Positions 1 through 7,992 of a DNA stretch of 43,393 nt are shown one piece after another. Every line of letters starts with the position of its first letter. Position 1 is the first letter of the stretch. Made by a program: the position numbers and the translations under genes. The DNA comes from Chthonomonadaceae bacterium. Lineage in GTDB: Bacteria > Armatimonadota > Chthonomonadetes > Chthonomonadales > Chthonomonadaceae. Where the stretch lies: NCBI GenBank assembly GCA_035650735.1, contig DASRGZ010000176.1:1-43393 (forward strand), read 5' to 3'. The notes below the pieces were generated by a model. That model was given only the letters and a program-made list of their open reading frames with translations. It had not been told where the DNA came from and made no database searches.

Positions 1-134
1 CAGTCGCAAGGCAGAGGCGCGAGTGTCGCCAGGCGGAGATCGCCAGGCAGAGCCGCGAACCGTTGAGCGGCGTCCCTGGCAGTCGAGCGTGCGTAGTTCC
101 GACCCTAGCAGTCGTAGCGCCGTCCCTTGCAGTC
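1..134 (-). repeat. Triple-nested copy of a 45-50 nt structured hairpin unit (may continue beyond the window edge)
   Basis: The minus strand reads three left ends GACTGC(A/T/C)AGGG.. (134-114, 113-85, 84-) then three right ends ..GCCT(G/T)GCGA. 45-84 is the exact reverse complement of 9010-9049; 113-144 is the exact reverse complement of 21624-21655. Confidence 0.85.
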
Positions 135-265
135 GCTTGGCCGTAGGCCACACAGATGGGTCATTCATGGCCCGGCTGTGAGTTCTATTACAATGCGCCT
201 CCGCCCGTTTTGGCGGCCTTTGCAGGCGTTGTGTGGAAATTGTAAACAGGAACGATTACGTAGAG

Positions 266-1348
266 ATGAACTCGATGGAGACATCCCCGGCTGCCTTACA
301 GCCGCCGTTTAGCGTCCAGCAGATCGCCGCTCTGGTGGGGGGAACGGTGGTCGGCCCTGCGGAGGCAGCGATCACCGGGGTGGCTAGTGTGGAGGAGGCC
401 GAGGCGGGCGATCTGGTCTTTGCCGAGTCGGCGCGCTACCTGGAAGCCGCGCTGCGCTCGAAGGCCGCTGCCGTCCTCGTGCCTGCCGCGTGGGCGGAGG
501 AGCTTCCGCAGGCCGAGAAGCCGCTCATTCTGGTTGCCGACCCGCGCGCCGCGTTTGTCCGGGTGCTGGAAGCGTTTGCGCCGGCCTGGAATTTGCCCGT
601 CGGCATTCACCCCTCCGCGCAGATCGGCCCGAACGCGCGTTTGGGCGAGCAGGTAAGCATTGGCGCGAACGTCATCCTCGGCGAGGCAGTCACCCTCGGC
701 GACCGTGTCGCGCTCTGGCCCGGCGTCTACGTCGGGGACGGCTGCTCCATCGGGGACGAGACCATCCTCTACCCCAACGTCGTCCTGTATCGGGGCGTAA
801 CTATCGGCAAGCGCTGCATTCTTCACGCGGGCTGCGTGATCGGCGCGGACGGCTTCGGCTATATTCCGGTCGGCGCCGCGCTCAAGAAGGTGCCTCAACT
901 GGGCACGGTCGAGATCGGCGACGACGTCGAGATCGGCGCCAACTGCTGCATTGATCGCGCCAAGACGGGCGCGACGGTTATCGGCTCCGGCACCAAGCTG
1001 GACAATCTGGTCCATGTCGGCCATAACGTGCGCGTGGGCCGTTCCTGCCTGCTGATCGCGCAGGTGGGCATTGCAGGCAGCACCACCCTCGGCGACGGCG
1101 TGATCCTGGCCGGGCAGGTCGGCGTGATAGATCACGTCACGGTCGGAGACGGCGTGCGCGTGGGCGCTCAGAGCGGCGTGTTGAACAATGTTCCCGCCGG
1201 GGCGACCTATTTCGGCTATCCGGCGGTGCCCCATGCGCAGAAATTGCGCGAGCTCGCCGCCTGCGGCGCGCTGCCCGACTATATCAAGCGCATCCGGGCG
1301 CTGGAGAAGCGGCTGGAGGAACTGGAAAGAAAGTTAACCGGAGGTTAG
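266..1348 (+). CDS. lpxD: UDP-3-O-(3-hydroxyacyl)glucosamine N-acyltransferase
   Basis: N-terminal uridine-binding domain, hexapeptide repeats, [40 protein letters not shown]. Start uncertain (233 GTG, 266 or 275 ATG). Confidence 0.95.
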   Translation: MNSMETSPAALQPPFSVQQIAALVGGTVVGPAEAAITGVASVEEAEAGDLVFAESARYLEAALRSKAAAVLVPAAWAEELPQAEKPLILVADPRAAFVRVLEAFAPAWNLPVGIHPSAQIGPNARLGEQVSIGANVILGEAVTLGDRVALWPGVYVGDGCSIGDETILYPNVVLYRGVTIGKRCILHAGCVIGADGFGYIPVGAALKKVPQLGTVEIGDDVEIGANCCIDRAKTGATVIGSGTKLDNLVHVGHNVRVGRSCLLIAQVGIAGSTTLGDGVILAGQVGVIDHVTVGDGVRVGAQSGVLNNVPAGATYFGYPAVPHAQKLRELAACGALPDYIKRIRALEKRLEELERKLTGG

Positions 1349-2221
1349 GTGGAACAGCAGACGCTTGCCCAATCCTTTGCCCTGGAAGGGGTCGGGATGC
1401 ACACGGGAGCCCCTTGCCGCGTCGTCGTGCATCCCGCCGGCCCGGATATAGGCCGTGTCTTTCTGGTCGGGAGGGTGCGCGTACCGGCGCGCGCCGATTA
1501 TGTAGTAGATACGATGCGCTCCACGACGCTGGGCCATGAGGGAGCCTGCATCCGCACGGTAGAGCATCTGCTGTCGGCGCTGTACGGCTGCGGCGTGGAC
1601 AACGCTCTGATCGAGGTGACGGGGCCGGAGATTCCGATCCTGGACGGCAGCGCCGCTCCGTTTGCGGAGGCGATCCTGGCTGTCGGCCTGGAGCAGCAGG
1701 GCCGCGCGCCGCGCGCTCTGGCGCTGTGCGAGTGCATCGAGGTACAGGAGGGCGCCAGCCGCCTGGCAGCGCGGCCCGCGCCCGCGCTGACGCTGGATGT
1801 GGCCACGGAGTTTGCCGAATGGCCCGAGGGGCGGGCCTGCCAGCATGGCCAGATCGGCCCGGAGTGGGCGGCGCGCTATGCCGCCGAGATCGCCCCGGCC
1901 CGCACCTTCGCCTTCCACCAGGAGGTCGAGCGGATACTGGCCGCCGGGCTGGCAAAGGGCGGCTCGCTGGAGAACGCGCTGGTCATCACGCCGCCGCAGG
2001 GGTTTTCCACCGCGCTGCGCCTGCCGGCGGAGTGGTGCGCGCATAAGCTGCTGGACGTGATCGGCGATCTGGCGCTGACCGATGCGCGTCTGGCCCTGCA
2101 TCTGGACGCGCTGCGCCCGGGACATCGCATCAATACGCTGCTGGCGCGGCGCCTGCTAACACTGCTTGATGAGGAGACGCAATCTGCCTGCGCGCAGGCC
2201 AAGAAAGGGGACAACGCATGA
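1349..2221 (+). CDS. lpxC: UDP-3-O-acyl-N-acetylglucosamine deacetylase
   Basis: QQTL..GVGMHTG, TVEHLLSAL, EIPILDGSA, IAPARTF, GGSLENA, HKLLDVIGDL; GGAGG SD before GTG. Confidence 0.95.
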   Translation: MEQQTLAQSFALEGVGMHTGAPCRVVVHPAGPDIGRVFLVGRVRVPARADYVVDTMRSTTLGHEGACIRTVEHLLSALYGCGVDNALIEVTGPEIPILDGSAAPFAEAILAVGLEQQGRAPRALALCECIEVQEGASRLAARPAPALTLDVATEFAEWPEGRACQHGQIGPEWAARYAAEIAPARTFAFHQEVERILAAGLAKGGSLENALVITPPQGFSTALRLPAEWCAHKLLDVIGDLALTDARLALHLDALRPGHRINTLLARRLLTLLDEETQSACAQAKKGDNA

Positions 2222-2874
2222 GTCACGAGGACGCCAGGAGCGGCACAGGCGGCGAACCGGAAAGATACGTGCTGGATATTGAGGACATCCGCGCTATGCT
2301 GCCGCACCGGTTTCCGATGCTGCTGGTGGATAAAATTCTGGAGTTGGAACCGGGCAAACGGGTCGTCGGCCTCAAAAACGTTACCATCAATGAACCGCAT
2401 TTTACCGGCCACTTTCCAGGGCAGGCCATCATGCCTGGGGTGCTGATCTTAGAGTCGATGGCCCAGGTCGCCGGGCTGATGATGCTGGCGCTGCCCGATC
2501 ATGAGGGCAAGCTGGCCTATATCGCCGCGATGGATAAAGTCCACTTCCGCAAGCCCGTCATTCCAGGCGATACCCTCATTACCGAGGCCAATATCCTGTG
2601 GGTGCGCGGGAAGATGGGCAAGGTCCGCATGGTCGCACGCGTCAACGGCGAGGTCCACGCGGAATGTGAAATGACCTTTGCGCTTATGGAGCGGCGCACA
2701 GGCGATCAGACCAAGCAAAAACTTGATACGGTCCGCCGTGAGGCCAACGGCGGGGAAGGCAATTCGGCAGGAGGTCATATCAGTGCCAGGCCCATCCATC
2801 ATCACGTCCCCGGCGATGCCGTCGCCGCAGGACAAGGCAGCCGCGAACTCCGAGGAGCCGGCGGCTGTGAGTGA
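2218..2874 (+). CDS. fabZ: 3-hydroxyacyl-ACP dehydratase with C-terminal extension
   Basis: LPHRFPMLLVD, KNVTINEPHFTGHFP, MPGVLILESMAQ. Confidence 0.95.
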   Translation: MSHEDARSGTGGEPERYVLDIEDIRAMLPHRFPMLLVDKILELEPGKRVVGLKNVTINEPHFTGHFPGQAIMPGVLILESMAQVAGLMMLALPDHEGKLAYIAAMDKVHFRKPVIPGDTLITEANILWVRGKMGKVRMVARVNGEVHAECEMTFALMERRTGDQTKQKLDTVRREANGGEGNSAGGHISARPIHHHVPGDAVAAGQGSRELRGAGGCE

Positions 2875-3682
2875 GCTGCCGCAAAAACCTCGCATCCATC
2901 CGACCGCCATCATTGACCCATCCGCCGAGATAGAGCCCGGCGTCCAGATCGGTCCGTACTGCATCCTCGGCGAAAACGTGTACATTGGGGCGGGAGCGAA
3001 GCTGCATGCCCATGTCACCATCGAGAAAAATACGCGCATCGGGCGCAACTGCGAGGTCTTTGGCGGCGCCATCATCGGCGGCCCCCCGCAAGACTTAAAA
3101 TATAAGGGCGAAAAGAGCTACGTCATCATCGGCGAAAACAATATCATCCGGGAGTGCGTCACCATTCACTGCGCTACCGGCGAGGGCAACATCACCCGCC
3201 TCGGCGATAACAATATGCTCATGGCCTACGCCCACGTCGGGCACAACTGCGATATCGGCAATCACGTCACCATCGCCTCGTATGTGGGCATCAGCGGCCA
3301 CGTGACGGTGGAAGACTATGTCAACTTTGGGGGCATCTGCGGCGTACATCAATATTGTCGTATCGGCACGCTGGCCATGATTGGGGGCATGTCGGGGGTG
3401 GTGCAGGACGTGCCGCCTTTCATGCTCGCCAACGGACGTCCGGCCAAAGTTTATGACATCAACGTGCGAGGCTTGCGCCGGGCCGGGATCAGCGCTAAAG
3501 TGCGCGGCGAGCTGCGCGCCGCCTACAAGCTGCTCTACCGTGCCGACCTCAACGTCTCGCAGGCCATAGAGGCCATCGAGGAGGAGATTGAGAAAAGTCC
3601 CGAGCTGGAGCACCTCCTCCAATTTATTCGCAGCACTAAGAACGGCTACGGCGGGCGCGGCAACAACCCGTCCCCCCTCTAG
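2783..3682 (+). CDS. lpxA: UDP-N-acetylglucosamine O-acyltransferase
   Basis: IHPTAII, hexapeptide repeats, PQDLKYKGE, IRECVTIH, HVGHNC, HQYCRIG, DVPPF. Start is GTG 2783 (AGGAGGT SD) or GTG 2867 (GAGGAG SD). Confidence 0.93.
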   Translation: MPGPSIITSPAMPSPQDKAAANSEEPAAVSELPQKPRIHPTAIIDPSAEIEPGVQIGPYCILGENVYIGAGAKLHAHVTIEKNTRIGRNCEVFGGAIIGGPPQDLKYKGEKSYVIIGENNIIRECVTIHCATGEGNITRLGDNNMLMAYAHVGHNCDIGNHVTIASYVGISGHVTVEDYVNFGGICGVHQYCRIGTLAMIGGMSGVVQDVPPFMLANGRPAKVYDINVRGLRRAGISAKVRGELRAAYKLLYRADLNVSQAIEAIEEEIEKSPELEHLLQFIRSTKNGYGGRGNNPSPL

Positions 3683-3688
3683 GGCGCT

Positions 3689-5053
3689 ATGAACATCGCG
3701 ATCTTTTCCGGGGAACTTTCGGGCGACCTGATCGGCGGGGCGCTGGCGCAGGCGATGCGCCGCCGCAGCCCGGAAGCGGCGCTGTGGGGGCTGGGCAGCG
3801 CGGCCATGCGGGCTGCCGGCGTCGAGCTGCTGGCCGACAGCGCGGCGTGGGGCGCCATCAGCATCACCGAGGCGGTGGGCAAAGTTCCCGGCCTGCTCTT
3901 TAACGTGCTGCCGAAGGTCAAGCGCGCCTTACGTGAGCGCCGTCCCGATGTGGTCGTGCTGATCGATTTTGGCGCGTTTAATGTGCGGGTGGCGCGTGCG
4001 GCCAAAGCGCTGGGCCTGAAGGTGCTCTACTACTTCCCGCCGGGCGCCTGGCGGCGCACCGGCACGCACGGGGCGGAGCTTGGACAAATTACCGACGTGC
4101 TGGCGACGCCGTTCCCCTGGTCAGCGGAGCGCTTTCGGCAGCTGGGCGCTAACGCCGTCTGGGTGGGGCATCCGCTGCTGGAGCGCGTGCAGACCACCAT
4201 GTCGCGGGCCGAGTTTGCGGCGCAGTTTGGCATGGACCCGGCCCGGCCCGTCATCGGGATGCTGCCAGGGAGCCGCCATCAGGAGGTAGCGCATCTGATG
4301 CCGACGCTGCTCAGCGCCGCGCGGTTGATTTATCGGCAGGTGCCGGAGGCGCAGTTTGTGGTGGGGGTGGCGCCCTCGATCTCCCAGGAGACCATCGCCA
4401 GATACCTGACCGGACACCAGGAACTGCTGGATCGGCTGGGAGAGATCTGGCACGAGTTTACCCAGGAGGCGGAGACGAAGGTCTGGCGGCGGATGGCGGG
4501 CGCGGCCAATGCCCTCTCGCCCGCGGGCCCCCCGATGCTGGTGACTGCGGGCGGCGTGCTGGTCTCGCCGAAAGCCCTGGAGCAGGAATTGGAGGCGCAG
4601 CGGCGCTCCGAGCGGCTGCATGCGCGCGCCCAAGAGGCGCTCCCGCCGACGGTGCTGGCCAAAGGTTTGACCTATGAGGTGATGGCCCACAGCGATGTGC
4701 TGCTGACCTGCTCCGGTACGGCCACGCTGGAGGCCGCCATCTTCGCAACGCCGATGGTCATCCTGTACCGAGGCTCCAAGATCATGGAGCTTGAGTACAA
4801 GCTGCGCGGCCTGCATAAGAAGCTGGAGTTTATCGGCCTGCCCAATATCCTGGCAGGGTGCTCCATCGTGCCGGAGCTCATTCAATGGGCGGCCACGCCG
4901 GAGGCCATCGCCGAACACGCCTTGAATCTGCTCAACAACCTGGAGACGCGCCACCGCGTTAAGCAGGACCTGCGCGCCGTGACCGAGGCGCTGGGAACGC
5001 CGGGTGCCAGCGACCGCACTGCCGATCTCGTACTGGAGTTGGCCAAGACCTAA
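3689..5053 (+). CDS. lpxB: Lipid-A-disaccharide synthase with internal insertion
   Basis: SGELSGDLIG, VGHPL, LPGSRHQEV, SGTATLEAA, IGLPNILAG, VPELIQ. Confidence 0.93.
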   Translation: MNIAIFSGELSGDLIGGALAQAMRRRSPEAALWGLGSAAMRAAGVELLADSAAWGAISITEAVGKVPGLLFNVLPKVKRALRERRPDVVVLIDFGAFNVRVARAAKALGLKVLYYFPPGAWRRTGTHGAELGQITDVLATPFPWSAERFRQLGANAVWVGHPLLERVQTTMSRAEFAAQFGMDPARPVIGMLPGSRHQEVAHLMPTLLSAARLIYRQVPEAQFVVGVAPSISQETIARYLTGHQELLDRLGEIWHEFTQEAETKVWRRMAGAANALSPAGPPMLVTAGGVLVSPKALEQELEAQRRSERLHARAQEALPPTVLAKGLTYEVMAHSDVLLTCSGTATLEAAIFATPMVILYRGSKIMELEYKLRGLHKKLEFIGLPNILAGCSIVPELIQWAATPEAIAEHALNLLNNLETRHRVKQDLRAVTEALGTPGASDRTADLVLELAKT

Positions 5054-5061
5054 GGAAATCT

Positions 5062-6882
5062 ATGGACACGCAGCGCAGACTGCTTTCCTATCTGAAGCCA
5101 CATGTGGGCACGCTGGGCCTGGGGCTGGTCTGTACCGCCGGCACGGCGCTCATCACGGCGGGCGTCGGCTGGCTGATCCAGCGCGCCATTGATGCCATGG
5201 GCGATGGGCGCGTCGGCCACCTCAATTTCCTCTGCGCTGCGGTGCTGCTCGTCTTTGTGATCAAGGGCATCTTCTCGTTCGGGCAGAGCTACCTGCTGTC
5301 GCTGGTCGCCAACCGGATCGCCACGCGGATGCGCGATGAGATCTATGCCCATCTGCATACCCTCTCGCTCTCCTTTTTCAATCGGCGGCGCACCGGCGCG
5401 ATCATGTCCACACTCACTAACGACGTGCCGGTGATTCAGAATGCGGCGATGGCCGTGCGCGATGTCGTCGCCGCCCCGATCACCATCCTGGTCAGCCTGT
5501 CGGCGCTGTTCTGGGTAAGTTGGCGCCTGGCGCTCGTCTCCCTGATCTTCATCCCGTTCATGGCGGCGGTGATCGCGCGCATCGGACGGCGCATCCGCAC
5601 TATCTCCGGCGTGGTGCAGGGCAAGCTCGCCGACGTGACCACGATTATTGAAGAGACGGTCGCGGGCGTGCGAATCATCAAGTCTTTTGCCGCCGAAGAC
5701 CATGAAATCTCGCGCTTCAGCGCCGAAAACCACCGCACGCTGCACGCCGTGCTGAAGGCGGCGCGCCGCAGCGCCCAGCTGCGGCCCCTCATCGAGTTCA
5801 TCGGCGCGTTCGGCATCGCGCTCGTCCTTTTTCTGGGCGGAAACTACGTCGCCAACACCAACCGCTACCAACAGGAGCAGCAGACGGCCTGGATCAAGGC
5901 GCATCCGGGCGTCTCCGACGTTCCGGCGCCCTCCGCCTTTCCGGTGCCTCCAGGCGGCATGACTCAGGGCGAGCTGATCGCCTTCCTCTATCTGCTCAAC
6001 GCGGTCGCGCGGGCGGCGGGCGATGTCGGGGGCATCGCGACGCTGCGGGCGCAGGCGCTGGCGGCGGCCCGGCGCATCTTCGAGGAGGTGCTCGACGTCG
6101 AGTCGGAGGTCAAGGAGAAGCCGGACGCCCTTCCGATGCCGCCGCTTCAGGGGCATATCTGCTTCGAGAACGTCTGGTTCCGCTACAGCCCGGACGGGCC
6201 GGACGTGTTGAAGGGCATTACGTTTGAGGTGCGCCCTGGCGAGGTGGTCGCTCTGGTCGGGCGCAGCGGGACCGGCAAAAGCACGCTGGTAGACCTGATC
6301 CCGCGCTTCTACGACCCGACTCAGGGCCGCATCACCATTGACGGCATAGACATCCGGGAGGTCAAGCTGGAAACGCTGCGCCGCCAGATCGGGATCGTGC
6401 CGCAGGAGACCTGGCTGTTTGCCGGGACGCTGCGCGATAACATCGCCTACGGCAACCGCGACGCCACCGACGAACAGATCCAGAACGCCGCTGCTTCCGC
6501 CAACGCCTACTTCATCGAGGGCATGGAGAAAAAGTTTGATACCCTGGTCGGGGAGCGGGGCATTCGGCTGTCGGGCGGCGAGCGGCAGCGCATCGCCATC
6601 GCCCGCGCCATTCTGATGAACCCGCGCCTGCTCATTCTCGACGAGGCGACCTCCTCGCTGGATGCCTCCTCCGAGGCGCTGGTGCAGGAGGCCCTGGACG
6701 AACTGATGAAGGGCCGCACGACCATCGTGATCGCCCACCGCCTCTCAACCATCATCAATGCCGACCGCATTCTGGCGATGCAGGATGGCCGCATCGTGGA
6801 GATGGGTTCGCACCACGAATTGATGGCCGCCGGGGGTTATTACGCGCAGCTCTACGAGACGCAATTGCGCGGGTTCGAGTAG
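5062..6882 (+). CDS. msbA: ABC exporter (fused TMD-NBD), MsbA-like lipid A flippase
   Basis: Walker A GRSGTGKS, signature LSGGERQR, LILDEATSSLD, N-terminal TM domain; position in the lpx cluster. Confidence 0.85.
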   Translation: MDTQRRLLSYLKPHVGTLGLGLVCTAGTALITAGVGWLIQRAIDAMGDGRVGHLNFLCAAVLLVFVIKGIFSFGQSYLLSLVANRIATRMRDEIYAHLHTLSLSFFNRRRTGAIMSTLTNDVPVIQNAAMAVRDVVAAPITILVSLSALFWVSWRLALVSLIFIPFMAAVIARIGRRIRTISGVVQGKLADVTTIIEETVAGVRIIKSFAAEDHEISRFSAENHRTLHAVLKAARRSAQLRPLIEFIGAFGIALVLFLGGNYVANTNRYQQEQQTAWIKAHPGVSDVPAPSAFPVPPGGMTQGELIAFLYLLNAVARAAGDVGGIATLRAQALAAARRIFEEVLDVESEVKEKPDALPMPPLQGHICFENVWFRYSPDGPDVLKGITFEVRPGEVVALVGRSGTGKSTLVDLIPRFYDPTQGRITIDGIDIREVKLETLRRQIGIVPQETWLFAGTLRDNIAYGNRDATDEQIQNAAASANAYFIEGMEKKFDTLVGERGIRLSGGERQRIAIARAILMNPRLLILDEATSSLDASSEALVQEALDELMKGRTTIVIAHRLSTIINADRILAMQDGRIVEMGSHHELMAAGGYYAQLYETQLRGFE

Positions 6883-6938
6883 ATATACCGGCAAGCCAAT
6901 CCCTAGCGCCCTGGCTTAGTAAGTGCCGGTAAACCAAT

Positions 6939-7181
6939 CGCCCCTGGCCCCGCCTTCGCAAGGTTCAATGGCGGACCCTTGTTTTCGAGGGAATAGAATT
7001 CCTTCGCTGTATGGCCGTCCGGGCCGCGTGTCCCTGCGGGACACTCTCTGCCTATCGGCAGGCGGGACGTGTCCCGCAGGGACCCACAGCCGCAGGCTCT
7101 ATAGCGAAGGGTTTCTAACCCATCGCTATTCCATTCCATCGCAAAACCGATCTGTCCGCCCCTGGCCCCGCCTTCGCAAGG
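6939..7181. repeat. Long palindromic insert bounded by identical 25-bp direct repeats
   Basis: CGCCCCTGGCCCCGCCTTCGCAAGG at 6939-6963 and 7157-7181. Between them are nested inverted repeats, including a perfect 15-bp GTCCCTGCGGGACAC/GTGTCCCGCAGGGAC pair. Confidence 0.85.
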
Positions 7182-7209
7182 GCAGTAATCGGGGCAGAGG
7201 CTCAACGCT

Positions 7210-7962
7210 ATGTCCGCAGAACCGATTCCCCTTCCCGCCCAGGCCGAGCGGGAAGCCAAAACCGAGCTAACGGAGGAGGAGCGCGCCCGCATTGAAAGGC
7301 GTTGCCGCTTCCTGGGCTGGCTGATCTATACGCTGGTCCGCGCGATCTTTGGCACGCTGTGCCTGCGCTTCGAGAACGCCGAAGGGCTGGAGACGGGCGG
7401 GAAGGGAGCGATCTTCGTTACCTGGCATGGCCGCTCGCTCATTCCGGCCAACGTGTTCCGCAACCGGGGCTACTGGGCGCTCATCTCCCTTTCCCGTGAC
7501 GGGGAATTGCAGAACAACATCTTCCGGCGCTTCGGCTTTCAGACGGTGCGCGGCTCGACGGGGCGCGGCGGCATCAAGGGCGCGCTGCAAATGGCCCGCA
7601 AGGTCAAGGAGGGTGGTGTCCTCGCCTTTACGCCGGATGGCCCACGCGGGCCGACTCATAAGGTACAATTAGGCGTAATCTTAATGGCGGAGAAGTCCGG
7701 TGCGCCGATCATTCCGCTGGGCGTGAGCGCCAGCCGCCGCTGGCTGATGCGAAGCTGGGACTCCTACATGATCCCCAAGCCCTTCGCCCGCGCCTACTTC
7801 CTGGTCGGGCCGCCGATCTTCGTGCCCCCCGATCTGGACGATGCCGGGCGCCAGACGTATGCCGAGCAGGTGGAGATCGCCATCAACCGCCTGGAGCGCG
7901 AGGCCGAGGCCCGCGCCGGCTTTCCCGACTATCCTGCCACGTGGCGCACGGAATTGTCATAA
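7210..7962 (+). CDS. DUF374 / LpxJ-like lysophospholipid acyltransferase family protein
   Basis: IFVTWHG, LISLSRDGE, VRGSTGRGG, AFTPDGPRGP, SWDSYMIPKPF; lies between msbA and waaA. Confidence 0.85.
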   Translation: MSAEPIPLPAQAEREAKTELTEEERARIERRCRFLGWLIYTLVRAIFGTLCLRFENAEGLETGGKGAIFVTWHGRSLIPANVFRNRGYWALISLSRDGELQNNIFRRFGFQTVRGSTGRGGIKGALQMARKVKEGGVLAFTPDGPRGPTHKVQLGVILMAEKSGAPIIPLGVSASRRWLMRSWDSYMIPKPFARAYFLVGPPIFVPPDLDDAGRQTYAEQVEIAINRLEREAEARAGFPDYPATWRTELS

Positions 7963-7992
7963 CTTGCGATTGCACGCTGGAGGCGAGGCTCT

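Noticed and set aside
1..134. CRISPR array, suggested by recurring GCAGTC/CCAGGC motifs
   Set aside because: No constant repeat with unique spacers; the pattern is nested element ends, and there are no cas genes.
5050..6738. 562-aa antisense ORF, plus other long shadow ORFs such as 296-1234, 20290-21450 and 39012-40202
   Set aside because: They mirror well-supported genes and are expected from high-GC codon bias; no recognisable motifs.
6939..7181. tRNA or prophage att site
   Set aside because: No cloverleaf or T-loop consensus, no integrase, and only about 190 bp between the repeats.
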